From Candidatus Latescibacterota bacterium (GTDB lineage: Bacteria; Latescibacterota; UBA2968; UBA8231): a DNA stretch of 37,977 nucleotides. Both the position numbers and the translations under genes were made by a program. The stretch spans positions 1-37,977 of the forward strand of contig CBDBIJ010000065.1 of assembly GCA_965205655.1 (NCBI GenBank), in the 5' to 3' direction. Position 1 is the first letter of the stretch. The number at the start of each line of letters is the position of its first letter. Positions 37,249-37,977 of the stretch are shown here, one piece after another. The notes under the pieces are model-generated. The model saw only the letters and a program-made list of their open reading frames with translations, was not told the DNA's origin and searched no databases.

Positions 37249-37977
37249 ATGAAGACAGGACTTTCGAGCCGCATGTTGTTAGGACTCACCGCGCTCGTGC
37301 TGGCCTTTTGCTGGCCGTACGGGGCGACGATGACGATGGCACAAGATCCGCCCCCGAATGGAGGAAGCCATCCGCCCGATAACACGGGAACCGCCACTGA
37401 TAGAGGAACCGCGGCACATGGTGATGGCGGAACGCCAACCGATGCGGCAGGCGATGGCCAAGGGCAACTGGATGAAGGGGGACTCTCCGACGGCGCGGAA
37501 GGATCGGTCGCTGGCGATGAGCAAGGCGACGGTACTGGAGACGGCCGATTAGACGGGGCCAGCGACAATGTTCGACGGGCGCCGGGAGAGCGCAGCGCCG
37601 CCGGACACCGCGGGCGAACGATCGAGACAGAGCGTCAGGGGGTCAGCGACGCCCGCAAGGAGATAGGTCCGCAGAAGCGACAAGAGCTCTCCGGCCGGCT
37701 CGTCTACGTCGATTCCGGAGAAAGGATGATCGAGCTCGAGGGGCCCGTTCTGGAGATCACTCGGAAGACTCGGATTCTGAATCGCCAGGGTAAAGAGTTT
37801 CCGGTGGAAACCTTCGTCAAAGCCGCTCTGGAGACGATCGACGCGGGGGACGAACTTCCCCTCGTTGCTGTCGACGTGCAGCCGAGCCGCGGCGCGCATC
37901 CCGTCGCTACGAGAATCCGCGTGATCGGCAGCTTCTCCGATCACGCGCGCCGTGATAACCTGGTCGTGGGGCCACTA
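37249..37977 (+). CDS. Secreted hypothetical protein, partial (runs off the window; absent from the ORF track)
   Basis: Open frame of 243 codons from ATG 37249: MKTGLSSRMLLGLTALVLAFCWPYGATMTMAQD signal, a G/D-rich disordered stretch, then an OB-like LSGRLVYVDSGERMIELEG...ITRKTRI...VATRIRV segment (DUF5666-like by eye). Confidence 0.75.
   Translation, partial: MKTGLSSRMLLGLTALVLAFCWPYGATMTMAQDPPPNGGSHPPDNTGTATDRGTAAHGDGGTPTDAAGDGQGQLDEGGLSDGAEGSVAGDEQGDGTGDGRLDGASDNVRRAPGERSAAGHRGRTIETERQGVSDARKEIGPQKRQELSGRLVYVDSGERMIELEGPVLEITRKTRILNRQGKEFPVETFVKAALETIDAGDELPLVAVDVQPSRGAHPVATRIRVIGSFSDHARRDNLVVGPL

Overview
GC-rich bacterial chromosomal segment with about 35 genes. The C-terminal 'GDFDENGIVDLDDFFAFADAFG' EF-hand/dockerin-like tag and the many sugar-acid enzymes suggest a Latescibacterota-like lineage (inference only). 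Housekeeping genes include a phosphohexomutase, a DUF62 SAM hydrolase, infA with class I lysS, yhbY, fxsA, comEC, a THUMP methyltransferase, sahR-ahcY with a palindromic operator, and msrB. There is an unassigned six-gene catabolic operon (SDR, SDR, cupin, ICL/PEP-mutase-family lyase, type-2 Ldh, Gfo/Idh/MocA) and a sugar/sugar-acid region (eda, Fe-ADH, ThuA-like, DUF362, two UxuA-like barrels, secreted galM). Two near-identical IS256-family copies are present: a complete one with an 8-bp target duplication splits a TPR gene, and a partial one abuts a FliL-like fragment. The strongest unexplained signals are non-coding: a structured, terminator-containing leader before infA-lysS; four CRP/FNR-type boxes spaced 65-70 bp apart between galM and a secreted protein; and a 4x14-bp self-complementary tandem repeat in the DUF362 5' UTR. 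Several single-base indels and a mosaic 50-bp patch look like assembly or consensus errors. No CRISPR array, rRNA or tRNA was seen.
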